From contig MU271263.1 in NCBI GenBank assembly GCA_021432655.1, positions 1 to 64,000 on the forward strand: DNA of 64,000 bases, read 5' to 3'. The stretch comes from Atractiella rhizophila. Taxonomy: Eukaryota. Positions 12,840 to 26,400 of this stretch are shown here, one piece after another. The translations under genes were made by a program, and so were the position numbers. The notes beneath the pieces were generated by a model. It searched no databases. It worked only from the letters and a program-made list of their open reading frames with translations, and was not told the DNA's origin. Within the stretch, counting starts at the first letter, position 1; the number at the start of each line of letters is the position of its first letter.

Positions 12840-14927
12840 TCAGGATGTGAAAAAACCGTCCTCTTTCTCCTTATACGTGTGATATCCCGTCTCTGCCAAC
12901 GAAAAATCCGGTCTAATAGGCGTTGCAAAAGTGACCATAGGCCCAAGTTCCCTCGGTCCAAAGAGAGCGGACGCCTCAAACCTCTGGACATAACTCTGAG
13001 TGTGGCTCCTCGTCGGAGTCAACGGTCGTCCATCTTCATCCTGCGCTAGTCCGCGACCAGGAAGGGAGATGTGTTGGTTGAAGTGCTCCGCTGTGGGAGC
13101 CAGGAAGCTCCTGCTCAATACATCCCCGTTGGACTCCGCATTCCCCCTCGTTCGCGTACCCCGCCGTGTGTTGGTGTTGGCGGTGGTGGACCTTGTGGAA
13201 GCTGGAGAGCGAAGGGAGCGGATGAGGATGAGAACGTGGGCAGCTCCACCCAGGATGGCGTAAACGTAGAGGGAGCCGACGTCGTTTACTTGGAGCGGAC
13301 CTTTGTGTCGAATAACCGACTGCACGTCGACCGTTATCCACACTAGGGCACACAATCCAAAGGTTAGCATAGAGGAGGGGAGTGCAGAAGCCAAAGGGAG
13401 GTAAAGGAGGACGCACGCGTCTGGGCCACGTAGAGTGTAAGAGCGAGAACTATAGCCGCACAACTGGCGATCAAGCTGTTATAGCTCTCAACCACCCTCC
13501 TCTTCTCGCTCCCACCTGTATCCGCCGACCCAATCTTCCTACTCCCACCCGTTCCTCCAAAAAATCCAAACCCGAATCCACTCTTTCCCGTCCCAGTCGG
13601 CGGTGGTGGTCCAAGCTGATCTTCCTCGCGTTGCTGTTGAGTCTGAGTTGGAGGCAGATGGATGGTCTGGATCTGCACGCCAGCTTCGCGCTCGACGATG
13701 CCGGAGGGAGAGATGACACGAGGAGTGGAGACGATGTGGTGGTGCATGCTCTCGTAGTGCGTCTTTACCATCCCACCCGAAACCGCTGCGTTCAGACCTG
13801 ATTTGGCGGGCGTTTGAAGGGGGTGGGAGTAGGAGGACTTTATGGTTCGGATTTGGTGTCTGAGCATGCGGATGTAGGAGAAGGCGAGGGGGAGGTAGAT
13901 CTGTGATAACGGGTACTTGTTGTAAGTCGAGAGAGTGGTAGATGGAAGGAAAAGGGACGAACGAGAGAAAGGAGAAGGAGGTAGACCATCCAGAGGATGT
14001 GTCCGATCCTAAACAGGCGCTGGAAGTCGCTGGCACCAACCTCATTACTCTCGCACAAATAAATAAATAAAGAAAGCGCACTCAAACTCTTTCAAGAACG
14101 ACATCAGCGGTCCGGCGACTCCAACGACAGCGTTCGGGTCAAGGTTTCCGTCGTATGCGCCGGCATATTGGACAAAGAGATGCTGGAGGTCGCGGTAGGC
14201 AGAGAAGGCATTGTTGAAGTGGTTGTTGGCGAGTGAGAGGACGGTGAATTGGGAGAGGAGGACGAGGAAGAGGTTGGTGGGGAAGAAGATGTTTATGAAT
14301 TTTGGAGGAGGCAGCCAGGGGGTCGGAACGGTGTATTTTGCGCTGGTTAGGATGTACGTTATGAAGCAGCCCCATACCTGTTGCCAATACGGTAAGCATG
14401 AGAAAAAGAGTTGAATAAAGACGGACTTCGCAGATGAGAGCTGGATAGAGCGGAACGAAGATAAAAGTCTTCCAGGCAATGAAATTTATCTGGCTCTGTT
14501 TATGCTTATACACGCCTACTGTAACCCACACCGTTCCCTGAGCGACTGCGAGGAAGAGGCCCGTGAAAAGGGGGAAGGTGACAGCTGTCTGAGGGGAGAG
14601 GAGGACACCGCGTGGCGTGTGGACGAGGCGGAGGAGGGCGAAGGAGAGGCGACGGCGGAAGCGGAGAAAGAGGGTGACGAGGGAGGCGATGAGGGAGATG
14701 GCGAAGAGCCAGGAAAGGATGTAGAGGTTGACAAAGTATCCTGTGGGCAGGGAGAGGTACAACTCGCTCTCGAAGTCTGTGAACGCATCAGTACTGCAAC
14801 CTCGTGGCGTACACAGGAAGATGAACGACTTACAAGCAGAAGCGACAAGGAATGGATTGCCTCCTTCTGGTGTGGATCCCAGGATAGATTGGATGATAGC
14901 GAGCGCTTCGGGAGGGAGGGAGGCCAT
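12840..14927 (-). CDS. Uncharacterised multi-pass membrane protein, multi-exon
   Basis: Chain of ORFs with several hydrophobic segments separated by canonical short introns. Confidence 0.6.
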
Positions 14928-15872
14928 CTCCTCAGCTCGTCCAACTGGGTCCAACTCGAAATTTGACCTTTTGTTTGACGCGACGGCGACCTGCGAGTTT
15001 CAGAGTTTCACCTTGAGCTTCCACCGCGGTGATTTGTGGGGTTTGATATCTGAACTGCAGGCGAACGAGAAAGGAAGAGAGGGAGAGAGGAAGAAGACAG
15101 GAGGAAGGCAGAAAGACCGAAAGCGAGGGAAAGAGAAAGGAGAAAAGGAAAGAAAGAAGGAAAATAAGGAAACATTGCTGCCTCCGCTGCTGCTCCGAAC
15201 CGCTGTTCACTTTTCAAATCTGTGGCGAAGAAGTAAACAGAAATAAGATTCGGAATGTTCATGAATATTCGTCATTCGATACAGTTATAGTTTGCATGTT
15301 TGTTCTGTCGGATTCTGTCTCTGTCTTGTCTTGATTTTCTTTCGCGTTTCTGAGAATCGCACAATTCGATTCCTGGGTTGTAAAGTGTTGGAAATGGGTT
15401 ATGAAAACAACGGGACGTGATCGCTGTTTGCCGTGGATCTTTGCATGCAGCTCCACTCTGACTCGCTTCCAAAGGTTACTGAGAGGGGTGTGGGTGATGC
15501 TTTTGGCTAGGCTGTACCATGTGCAATATGAAGTTTCATAAGTGACTGAGCCAAAAGCAAGACCTCATATCAGGGCAGAACGCTTACCCCAAGCGATGCT
15601 CGACATTTCAAGACAGAGGGCATCTAGCGCTTCTGTCCTGCCCCAAAACTGAAATGACGAGCAGACTTTTTTAGGAATTCGGCCTTGTCATGAAGTTCCG
15701 TGCCTGTATTGGGTGGAATTTTTGAAGCAGAAGAGTTGTCGTTTAAAGGTCTGCAAATCCTGTTGAAGTTCTCATATGCAAACTGTTCGAGAAAGGATTG
15801 TTCGAAATCAGAGAAATTATGGGACTATGAGGTCCATTGTCCAGACATCACCTAATCTGGTCTGAGGAAGCC

Positions 15873-18720
15873 TCAAAACTCAAGAGTGACCGGGGGGAGG
15901 GATTTATCATTCCGAAGAAGTATGCGGAGATAAGGGAAATCTTCTCCAGTAAGATGTCGGGAGAGATCATCACAAGTAATTGATTTTGCCGAATCAAAGG
16001 ATTTGTGAGATCGGACTGTGGTTTCCCCTAACTGGAAGAGAGAGAAAAAGGTGATTATAGCACAGGCTAAAACAGCTGCATCAAAGCAATTAGAGTGATC
16101 CAGTTTGTCGACAAGAAGAAGAATCATTTTGAGCGTAACTGCTGGGCACACAGTGGCCTTAAACAGGGCGCCTTGCTGGCGAGCAATGCCTTTGCAATAG
16201 AGAGTGAGCTCATCCGGCCTGTGTTCCCATATCCAAGGAAAGCCATTAAGGAGATGCCAGGCCTTGAGGCCAGAGACATAGTGCTCTGCTGTATTGATGG
16301 AGACGGATTGTGATGGGGCAAGATCAGGGTGGACGCCATTCATAGGTGAAGAGCACCAAATGACAAAGCTGCATACCAAAGGTGCCATGGCAGGGAAACG
16401 ATCTGAAGGTGGGACAAACATTTTATCACAAAATTGGATGCATTTCGGAAGGGCAGAGGAGTAAGAGGCAAGTGTGCCTTCGCTGTATGCATGTGACAAG
16501 GCACCTTTCTGAGCATGGCGGATAATGGGATTGTCAATGATCAGATGTGTAGGATCAGGGTTGTGTGAACTTGTCCAGCCTGTAAGACGAGCAGCTCCTT
16601 TAAATGATGGTGAGTTGTGTATAGCCTTGAAAGTGGAAAAGTCAGAACAGGCTTGGAAATTACATAAATTCTTGAGAGCGTTATCAAAAAGGATCAGAGT
16701 TTCAAGATCTGGATTGGATGTGTGGGAGGCTGGGGTGATACCTGGGAACTGGTATTGGCTCGCAAATTTAACAGCAGATGCATTGGGCTGGTTTGGAGGG
16801 TAGTTAGAGAGAGAAGAGTTTTTCCGCCAATTAACTGCAGCTGCCCTGACTCTCCAGTGTGAGGTAGGAGACTTCTTGGAAGGCATTAGAAAAACAGATG
16901 GGGAGACTATGTGGTCATAGAGGGGCAGAGCAAAGAAGGAGGTATAAGAATAGGACTGATTTTGTGGGGCACGTGCAAGATGAACGAGGGATACAAGGCG
17001 AACAAGGCGGGGACACATGCATTTAGGTTTTATGCATCTTGAGAAACATGAGAGAGCTCGGTAAAGGAGTTAAAGGAGCTAACAATATGTGAGATGTGAT
17101 GAGGCGAAGGGATAGGGACAAAGTAAGAAGGGGAAAAAGCAGAAAAAACGCCATGAGAGAGAGGGTCAGCAAGATTGTTAGCAGACGGCACATAAACGGG
17201 AACAAATTGGACAAAGAGAGAGTGTGACAAAGAGAAAATACGAAGCAAAGCAGAATTTATAATCGAATTAGAGCACCAACTAGATTTGTAGGCACCCTGT
17301 GCCCCTGTATTGTCTGTGTGGAGAATAATTGAGCGCTCAACACTATTCGCTGGGATATAACAGAAGTGTTAGGGGACAAGAGAAGAGATTGAAAGAGAAG
17401 GGCTCCGAGTTCAATAGCAAGCATTTCCCCTACTCCAATCTTCCCATCAGGGTCCTTTACATCAGCTTCTAATTTCCACACAGACCAATATTTCCCTATT
17501 ACAACTCCCAATCCCCACGACGTGCTAGAGTCACCAAACCATCCAAAATCGAGAGGGTTGTAGGAGTCACTTGGATAGAAGAATGGTGGAGAGTCTAGAA
17601 GGGAGTGGAGGAGGGAGAGAAGGGTGTTACGAACTGGCTGAGATACAAATTTCTTGATACAATGTGCAGCCTCCTCTCCCTCCTTCTGTTCAATTGCAAG
17701 GTATTTGCGTTTAAGTGCATAAAGGGGTGCGAGGTGAGGGCATAAATGAGGAGCAATGAGGAGAATATGAACAATAAAACCTAAGAGATACTCAAGCTGT
17801 GTAAAATCAAAGCAATAATGTGGCGCGAGAAAAAACTGAAGAAGTAAAAAAACTTTGTAAAATTTAAGTTCAGGCAAGGAGATCGGTTGTGAAGGAACAG
17901 ACCAGATAAAGCTGAGGTATTTCCAAGTTTGTGAAAAATTGTAAGCTTTGTGGATGAGATGGGAACACCTAATATACGAAGGATAGAGAGGACATCGTCT
18001 GCATCAAACCATGCATTTTGAGACCGAGAGCGAGTTTAGGAAATTATCGTCTACCCAATGAGAGCCTTTGGGAAAACCTAGACCATGAAGGATGTCTATC
18101 CAGCATTTGTTGAAAGTGGTATACATGCCTAGGCAGGATGTGCAGCCGAAGCTGGCTACGACATCGACCCAGAAATTATTGTCAAAATCTTTGAAGCAAA
18201 ACCAACGCCGAGAAGAGGCATCTGTGCTGAAAGTTCGAAAGGCATCCTCAACATCAAGAACTAGGATCTCAGCATCGTTTAGAAGTGAAGTAAGAAGTTG
18301 AGCAGTACGATCAAAGCCATCCCAATCACAAGGAAATTTAGTTTTGTTGATGAAAGAGTTAACGGAAGCGAAGGGACATGGAACTTGCCTGTTGTGATTG
18401 TTTACCAATACCGCCTGTGGGAATGCCTATATCATTACCGCGACTGTCAGTGGCTGACATCTGCATCAAGTTGCGTGGGCAGGTGCAATTTTGCGCAAAA
18501 AAATAGACGCAACAGCGGAGCGGTGTGGAGACCGTTGGACAAACGAGGAGTGTAGAAAGTCATGATGGTGAACATGGATAACAGGAACTTGAAGGAATTT
18601 GTCAACTTGGTGATGGAAAGCAAGCCTGAGGGAATGCAGAATGCGTTAGTTGATCCTTGTAATCCTCAAGCACATGGTTGCATTCAATCTAATTCTCTGC
18701 AGCACAACATTGTATTGCAG
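15873..18720 (-). mobile_element. Degenerate DIRS/Ngaro-type tyrosine-recombinase retrotransposon (RT-RNaseH-YR)
   Basis: RT LDVEDAFR..SFG..HWVDD (18004-18408); RNase H FGDSSTSWGLG..EMLAIELG..VPSANNLADPLS (17030-17877); YR TLASYSS..YVSGLKAWH..DAAVLAC..FQLGE (15873-17018); frameshifted, termini not found. Confidence 0.85.
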
Positions 18721-19765
18721 GGTAGCAGACAAAAGTGACCAGTTTTAACATTCACTCGGTCCATACTGTTCTCACTACTCTTTCATTGGCATGACACATT
18801 ATAGCACAGTTCGGATATAGCCTTTTTTATTCTCATCTCTTATCCTCTGTGCCTCACCATGGCTTTTCCTGCTCCTTGTCAGATGAACTCACAGCTCTGC
18901 AGCGTTGCCAAGGTCGCTTTCTGAGGACACAGGTGTTAGTGGTCAAAAGGAACCAGAGGTTCAAAGAAAGGACTGTTGCATTAGGACAAGAAAGTCTCTT
19001 GCTCATGACAAGAGGATAAATTCGTCCTCACTACTCCCTGCCTGGCCATTTCACTTCGACCCATAGCTTCCGCTACCTCTCGTATCTATCACCCATCCAC
19101 ACTCATCAGAATCCTAGAGCATTGTGACCATTTTGGAAGGGTGGGGCTTTGAGAAGGAAGATTCATGGTTTGGAAGGATGGCGAGAAAATCGATCCAGGC
19201 TGGTCACACTCTCGGTGCTAAAGATGTGAACAGCGAATCAGTGCTTTCTGTTTGAATTGACATATACCGACATAATGTGAATGGCATAAATGGTGCAGAA
19301 ACTTTATTTTTGATCTATTACTAAGTCTATAATCCGTCAGCCTCGCATCGCGGCTGCAGCTGGAAACAATGGAGCAGACAGTAGCCCATGCTTTGCCACG
19401 AGTTCCTGCAAAGAATTGTGCAGTCTTCAACCTCAATAAATGTATATTTCCACACCAGCAATGAGGTTCCTCTTACTGAATGATAAATCAATGACCAGTC
19501 TTTTGTCTATAGCAATATCTGTTACCGTTTGGAATTCAAGAGTATTTAACCCACATCAGCTGCCAGGACATGTCAGCACCTCGTCTTTTACCGTTACAGC
19601 ATGCAAGCGTACTTCGTGTGAAAGTGTGCGAAAGCCTTCACATTGTCTTTTACCACTCCAGGACAATCATATGTCACTCAGAATTTACATAAAAGACTGG
19701 ATCTTCTCTTGACTTTCAGTGTAGATGGTTGTATACTTTATTGACTATATTTCTTACTATGGATC

Positions 19766-21400
19766 TTGATATACATAGGGACGCATTGCAATTGTCTTGC
19801 CCAACGAGTCCTCCTGCATCCGACGGAGATTCACCTCCTTCAAGTCCTCTCGCGGCTTGTCCGTTACCCCTTTCCCATTCCCTTCTCATATGTGTACGGT
19901 TTTATCCACGCAGAATGTATAGTTTATCCTCCACCTGATTCTCAACCTGATGCTATCGCTGAATTTTACCTCAACAAATCCCACAATCTTGATAACAACA
20001 TTTTCAATCTCTGTTTTACAACATTCCAAACGGAGTTTGCCATTCATACCGAGACCTTTGCAAATGATTTTGGAATATCTGCCGTTTTTGTCGACAATAC
20101 AAGCCACAAACGTTACAAAGACCCAACATGTATTTGTTGGGGGGCAATTTCTGACCATAGATCCCGAGCTTTAGGACCGTATGGCAATGTTGATATATTC
20201 GTTTGGGGTTCTAACAATACTAAATTAGTTTGTCTTTTCTGACTTTGAACCAATCAATCGAAAATGGAGACAGAAATCTTACAAGGAAGTCCTAACTTCA
20301 TTGAAGTTTTGTATTTCTCTGGGTTAGCCTGTTGAGCTTGCGGATTCCCCTCTACGACGATTCTGGTTGTCTCTGTGGGTACGTCTTCTCCTCTTTTTCA
20401 TGATTCTTACCTGTGAAACGTTTCTCAGTCAAACATGTCCTTCATCCAAAAGTCGATTGCTAATCAACACAACGTCCAGCTAAATAACCCATCTGGATCT
20501 GGATCGGGCAAATACAATATAACGGATTGGGTTGCTGTGCCACGCACACCAACAGGCTATATCGAAACGGATGGTGGAGTTATATTCAAGAGCAGGAAAC
20601 TCTTTGAGTGGGCGGATCTCAGGGAAAATCCTAACCAATTCTCTTTTGAAAAAACCAGTGATTTATCCTCACTAATGGCCGAAAACGCTTCGTCCAAACA
20701 AATTGAATTAGATGTCACTGCTCCTAATTGTTTGTATTTTTTTATCCCTAATATTTTACATGCTGATCGTAATGTATAGTTCAATGGGTCATCGCTACTC
20801 TTGCTGATCCTAAAGAAGTTTATATGCAAGAACTTCTTCATCTCCCTGTACCTCCATCGCCTCTTCACGATATCGACAGATCAAAATTCTGTATTGCTAT
20901 TTGGACGAGAAGCACAAGGCAGATGATATTGCTGTTATGGTATTTACGTTAGGCACGTTCGTACCTTTCACCATCCATACCTGATATATTACATACAATT
21001 TTGTCTAGTTGGGACTATAGATGCAACGACATTGATCATGGCACGGGGCAATCAGTTAATTCGACCTCCCCTTCTTGGTCTCACCAGAGAACCACGACGT
21101 CAACAACGACTAAAAGATCGGCCAGTCCTGCCAAAAAAATAACAGACGGCAGAAACCAACCCTCCTTTACATTCTCTGTATGTATTCTGCTTATGGAACC
21201 GTTTAGAGACTGACGGGATAGCTAAAGGCGTCAATCGCTGAATGTCATATCGTTTATGGACATCCGCCTTTCGGTATCCAATATTCGAGTCCTTGAAAGC
21301 GATCAAGATCAGAATCTAGCAGAAATGAAGACGCTGAATCCTCAAAAAAAGTTCGACATTGATTGATCTTTAATGTGCTATGGCACAGTACGATCTCTCA
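19766..21400 (+). CDS. Uncharacterised intron-containing ORFs in the TE nest (possible Helitron accessory genes)
   Basis: ORFs 19766..20242 and 20435..20779 with splice-like signals; AT-rich like the adjacent Helitron; no motif recognised. Confidence 0.3.
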
Positions 21401-22679
21401 ATAACTTCTTTATTATTTCTTTGTTTCTCTGTTTCATTTATCTGATTATGAAACATATTTTATAATATTGGTGATTGACGACAAAGAAGTTGGCGAAGGC
21501 TGGCAAGCTAAGTGTATGATATATACATTGTACTTTTAACAATTTTTAACGAATGGGCTTTTACACTTTATAAGTTTGTCCTAAAGGTGTTGGCGTTGCT
21601 GTTTGTTGATAAGAAAAGTTGCTCTCAAATAAGTTGCTCCCAATTACATTTCTAACAATTGAGAGTGTGAGAAAATATGAATAATTACGTCATGATATGC
21701 AACTGCCACGTAAGTCCTTTTTTCTGTCCTGAGCCCGTACCCCCCCTAACTGAATTGTTGGGTCACATGACTGAGCAGGGGGGTATACCAGCTAAACGAG
21801 CATCATCTTCAGCCTAGCCATCGTATCATGAACAAAACTTACTCACATTGACTATCTATTCCTGTATTTGAATTGCGCTGAAATACCTGCATTACAAAGA
21901 GGTGAAAATGAAGTATTTAGGGTGTAAATGGACATGAGGAGTAACATGTAAAATCTGTCAAGATAGGTTCGTGTCTTCTCAGTAGAGAGGATGTGTTGTA
22001 TAATTTTTACAACATTCCCATTTCATACCTTTATCATCATCCTCAGAGCAATATTACATTCATCAAACAAAAGTATGAAGTCAAGACCAAGTTAATTGCT
22101 GGCCAGTGCATCAATACTCTTCTACAGATAGTACCTCTTATCCACAAAGACATCATTAGAATATACAATTTCTTTTGAAACAAGAAATGGAGTGCTTTTA
22201 TCACTGTGTTGGTATCATTGTGAGGCATACGATTGATGACTTACTTGGTCTACTCTTCCTTTTTTCATCACTCCATTGAAGTAGGATAAGTAAGCGCTGT
22301 CGTTTTCTAAGTGATGCTGTTTGACACTAAAGGAATGTACCTTTATTCATTTACATTGTTGGAGATAAAGAATACAAATTTGATTACTGGCCAATGTAAA
22401 GCTTGCGCCACTAAGATACCACAGTTAATAAATGTGAAAATGAACGAAAAATTATGGATATAGTTGTTAACACTGGCAATAATTGGTCCCCTGGCCACGA
22501 GCTCCTTTAAAACGGATGTCAATGCTCCAGCTAAATAACCTGGCTAAATTCAGGCGCACCTTCAAATATTAAGCTTGTATATAAAGATTGTGGCCACTCT
22601 TCCATTAGAGACTTGTAAGGTCTGTTCTGAGTGACAATAACACTCAAGAACAAGTTTACCACCTGTTCCATCATCTTCT

Positions 22680-23457
22680 GTAACTCATCCATCATAAAAA
22701 TATACAAGATCACCATCAAATACCCTGGCAGTAAAGTGTGCTCTTCCAAAGTAGACTATCCAACAAGATCATGATGAACCACTGCAATGTCGCTAGTTGG
22801 AGTTGCTTGAAACGGAAGAGTTACTACACGCTGAGGAAGAAATGTTCTTTGGATGGCAGTATGACGCTCAAAATGTAGGATCGGTGGGGCATATGTTAGG
22901 GCAGATGCAGGAAGAAGCTCTTGACTGCCTGTAGCTCCACATGATTGACAAACTTCATCGTGAAGTATATGACGGATCTGATGGTTCACAAATAAGTCAA
23001 TCCATTCCTGTGCGGTATATGCTGTGCCTGCGTCGCGATAGCAAGAACGAAGGAGATTATGTAGCACAGAGGAATAGGGTCGGGTGTATAATCGGCAAGC
23101 TGGGCAAGTAAAAAGTGGTTGGACAAAGGCTTGAGCATTATTGTCACTTTGGAAGACCTTGCGCATGATCTTCAGTGTGCAGTCAAAGGCACCAGGAGTG
23201 AAATAATCAGGATAAGTTTCTTGTAGATCTGTTCAGAAACGATCCCGAGCTTCTGTCACATTGATTGTGTGATTTTCAGTATTGGCAAGGAGCGATATGA
23301 GATTACTAAGATGTGGCGCCATAAAAAGGGTTGCAAGTTTATCCGCTTCAGCTGAGAGCGCTGTTCGCCAAATCGATGTTGCGCGATGGAATACGTGCCC
23401 TAGAACAGCAAAGGTCGCGTCATATGCACAACTGTTTTGCTTCCAAACTGGTCCCAA
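22680..23457 (-). pseudogene. USP/C19-like papain-fold cysteine protease domain at the Helitron 3' end (frameshifted)
   Basis: Cys box GPVWKQNSCAYDA; CPAC and CQSC zinc ribbon; APPILHFE; His/Asp box IVYFGRAHFTARVFDGDLVYFYDG read by hand at ~22690-22760. Confidence 0.65.
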
Positions 23458-26400
23458 ATAAGAAGGATGTGTATCTGATGCCGAGGAATGAGGCGGTGGG
23501 AAGATTATTGGAGAGGCAGATGGAAGAGAAGACAGAGGGAGGACTGCTTCTCTTTCATCGGCAGCACAAATTTGTGGATAGGTTTAGACGAGACCGATGT
23601 GATTTTCTTCTGCAATGCAAGCCTTTCCCAACAGCAGTTTAGATGTTTTTTTTTTCTAGATAGAGAGCAATTGACCTTGTTGTTTTATCTGGATGGCGAA
23701 CATCTTCAGGGTTCTCCCTTTTGATAGACCAACCGCTGTTTTCGCAAGAATTAAATTTATCCCCAAACTGAGTGTGCATCTGAGCAAATTTTCGAGCAGC
23801 ATGCTCACAATCTGGATCGTGGATATCCGGTGCAGAGTTAGGAGCATCAAGGCCATTGCATTGAAGGAGAGTAGTACGACGAAGAGCATCAAGATGTCGT
23901 TGTTCACTTTTGAAATATGGACTAAAATCAGGCTTGTTCAAGTCATCTTTTGTGACTGATTCGAGCAAAGCCAGCCCTTCATGAGTGCGTGGACGACTTG
24001 CAGCAACATAAGCAGAAAATCCACCAGCTCGAAGGCTTGCGTTGATCTGGGAGGGTTTTCCCTTGTGCAAGATGGCCTGTGATCGAAAAAGCAGGCTCAA
24101 TCGACAGTTGATGACGAACAAAACACCTGATGTCTCTTTTATTAGTTGCAGTATTGTGTATTGATTTTCTGAAAGTCCATGTATTTGGCTTCAGAGGGAA
24201 GTATCCTTTTGGCAGTCCATCAAGCTCGACAGTACTAGCAGGAAACTCGATGATGATAATGTCTGCATGAACATGATGGAAATGTGGTCCCTTGATTTTA
24301 GTGGATTTGCCTGCAAAGGTCCTTTCAGCGCCATCCCGTGTCTGAAATTTACGAACAAAACCAGGAGAGCCATGGTAATTTTCAGATTTACAGCGATAAT
24401 CTTATCTCTTAAATAACTGGCATGCCAATAAAAAGAGGGAGGAAACCTGGGAGAAACCGTGATCTCGAGTTCTTTGCTTTTATGTTATATATATTCATAT
24501 CGAGCAGCTCTTCTTTGAGGAGACCAGCTGGGACATCTTTGCCTCGTTCTATATCTCTGGCAGAACAAATGATCAGCGCTGCTGGATTTGCAGCACAAAT
24601 TGCCTTGGCTTTATGCATGTTCAATATGTCTTTAGTGAGATTAATAGGTACTATTGTACAAGCATTGTGACCAGCAGTAGTTGCCTCAAGAGCAACACCA
24701 TTGGGATTACTCACTGACTGCACAACACGGCTGTTGAAAGGTTTGACATCGTCATCATCACATTGACGCATATGTAGGTTGAGAACTGCTTTGGAAAATG
24801 TTGGATCTTCTTTCATATGGTTCTGTTCCGTAAGAACAACGGTATCAATGCATTTCCAAGCCATACTACCACACCGTCGCTCAGTCTCTGAATTTTCCTG
24901 TTCCTCTCCATTAGTAATAGGAATGTAAAGCGCACTCCCAGCAATGGGCTGGAATTGATAAAGGTCTCCAGAGGCAATAATGTTCAAGCCTCCAAACCAT
25001 TCATTAGTTTTACCGGTGGCAAATCTAAGTGCTGCGTCAATTTGGGCAAGTGTTCTTTGTGCAACCGTTGAGATTTCATCAATCACAACAAACCATATGT
25101 CTGCAAAGTCCCGTCACAATTCATCCTTCTGTTTGACAGTAAGCAATGCGATAAATTCTTTCATGTCAGTATCCATTGCTTCATTCGCTTTGCTTTCCTC
25201 CCTGACTGGTATCTGGAGACCAGAATGAATAGTAGTACCATCCACAAGTGCTGCAGCGTTTCCAGTAGGTGCCATCACTCGAATTTGATGCGATTGTGCA
25301 CATTGCTTCAAAATATCGCACACAGTATTGATCACTTGGGTCTTGCCAGTCCCTCCTGGACCTGTCACAAACATGCAGAGAGGTTCTTCGTTTCTTTCAT
25401 CATATAGAAGATTGAAGAAACGTTGTACAATGATTTTGAATGAGAACAATTGTTGCTCATTCAACATCCATTCATTTGCGACACGGTAGACAACATCTGA
25501 AGGACTTTCGCAGGTTGATGCACTTAAGACTCTTGTGTCTGCCATTGATAGTTTTGAATCTTTTTTTGATTCTAGAGAATTAGTTCCTTGTACATAGGGA
25601 TACAAAGGTGACATCTCAACTTGTCTTCTAATGTCAGTACCCGCAGGTATCTGTGCTGTTATCAGGTCGTTTTGCTCTACCGCTTGTTTGGTCCATTTCG
25701 TAAACTGAGCCTGTGGTGATGTATCCGTCATAATCTAATCGCCCTGAAGAGAAATATGACATGGCTAGATGGCAAGGAGGGATCAAGCCAACCAGATTCT
25801 ATAACTTGGAGCAAAACCTCCTGAATTCGACTTTCTTGCTCAGCATACTTGGTAGACATTCTTTCTGATACCATTTCATCTGCAAGGTCCTCATGGTTTG
25901 TTTTGTAACTTTAGGTAGATGCTTGGGTTTGACTATTCTGTTTGTGCATTCTTTCCTTATCACGCTCATCAGAACATTCATGCGCCTCTTCATAGTTCAC
26001 AATTATCTTTTTACAGGATTTGTTTGCTGTGTCAAAAGCTTCCTCCCATGGTTGATCGGCTGATTTAAGCGGTACCAAGTCAGAGAAGGGCTTGAAATGA
26101 ACTAACATGAATTGTGCATGAGCCTCTGTATCTCTCTTATGAGGTGGAAAGGTACCAATGATCCGTGGCAAGCAAAATCATTACGTGTTAAGAGCTCTTG
26201 TGTATTTGCTTGGGGATGTGGCGCTGTTAGTGAGAATCTTGTCGAAGCATTTCCATGCTCAATATTGATCTTTTGGTTGATTCTGTGCTTCCTGAATAAC
26301 CTACAAAACAGATGGGAGAGTTCGTAAAATCTTCTCGAATTGAAGACTATTTTTCATAGAATGATACAACGTTAAGCTTATCGTCCCGAAACAAATAGTC

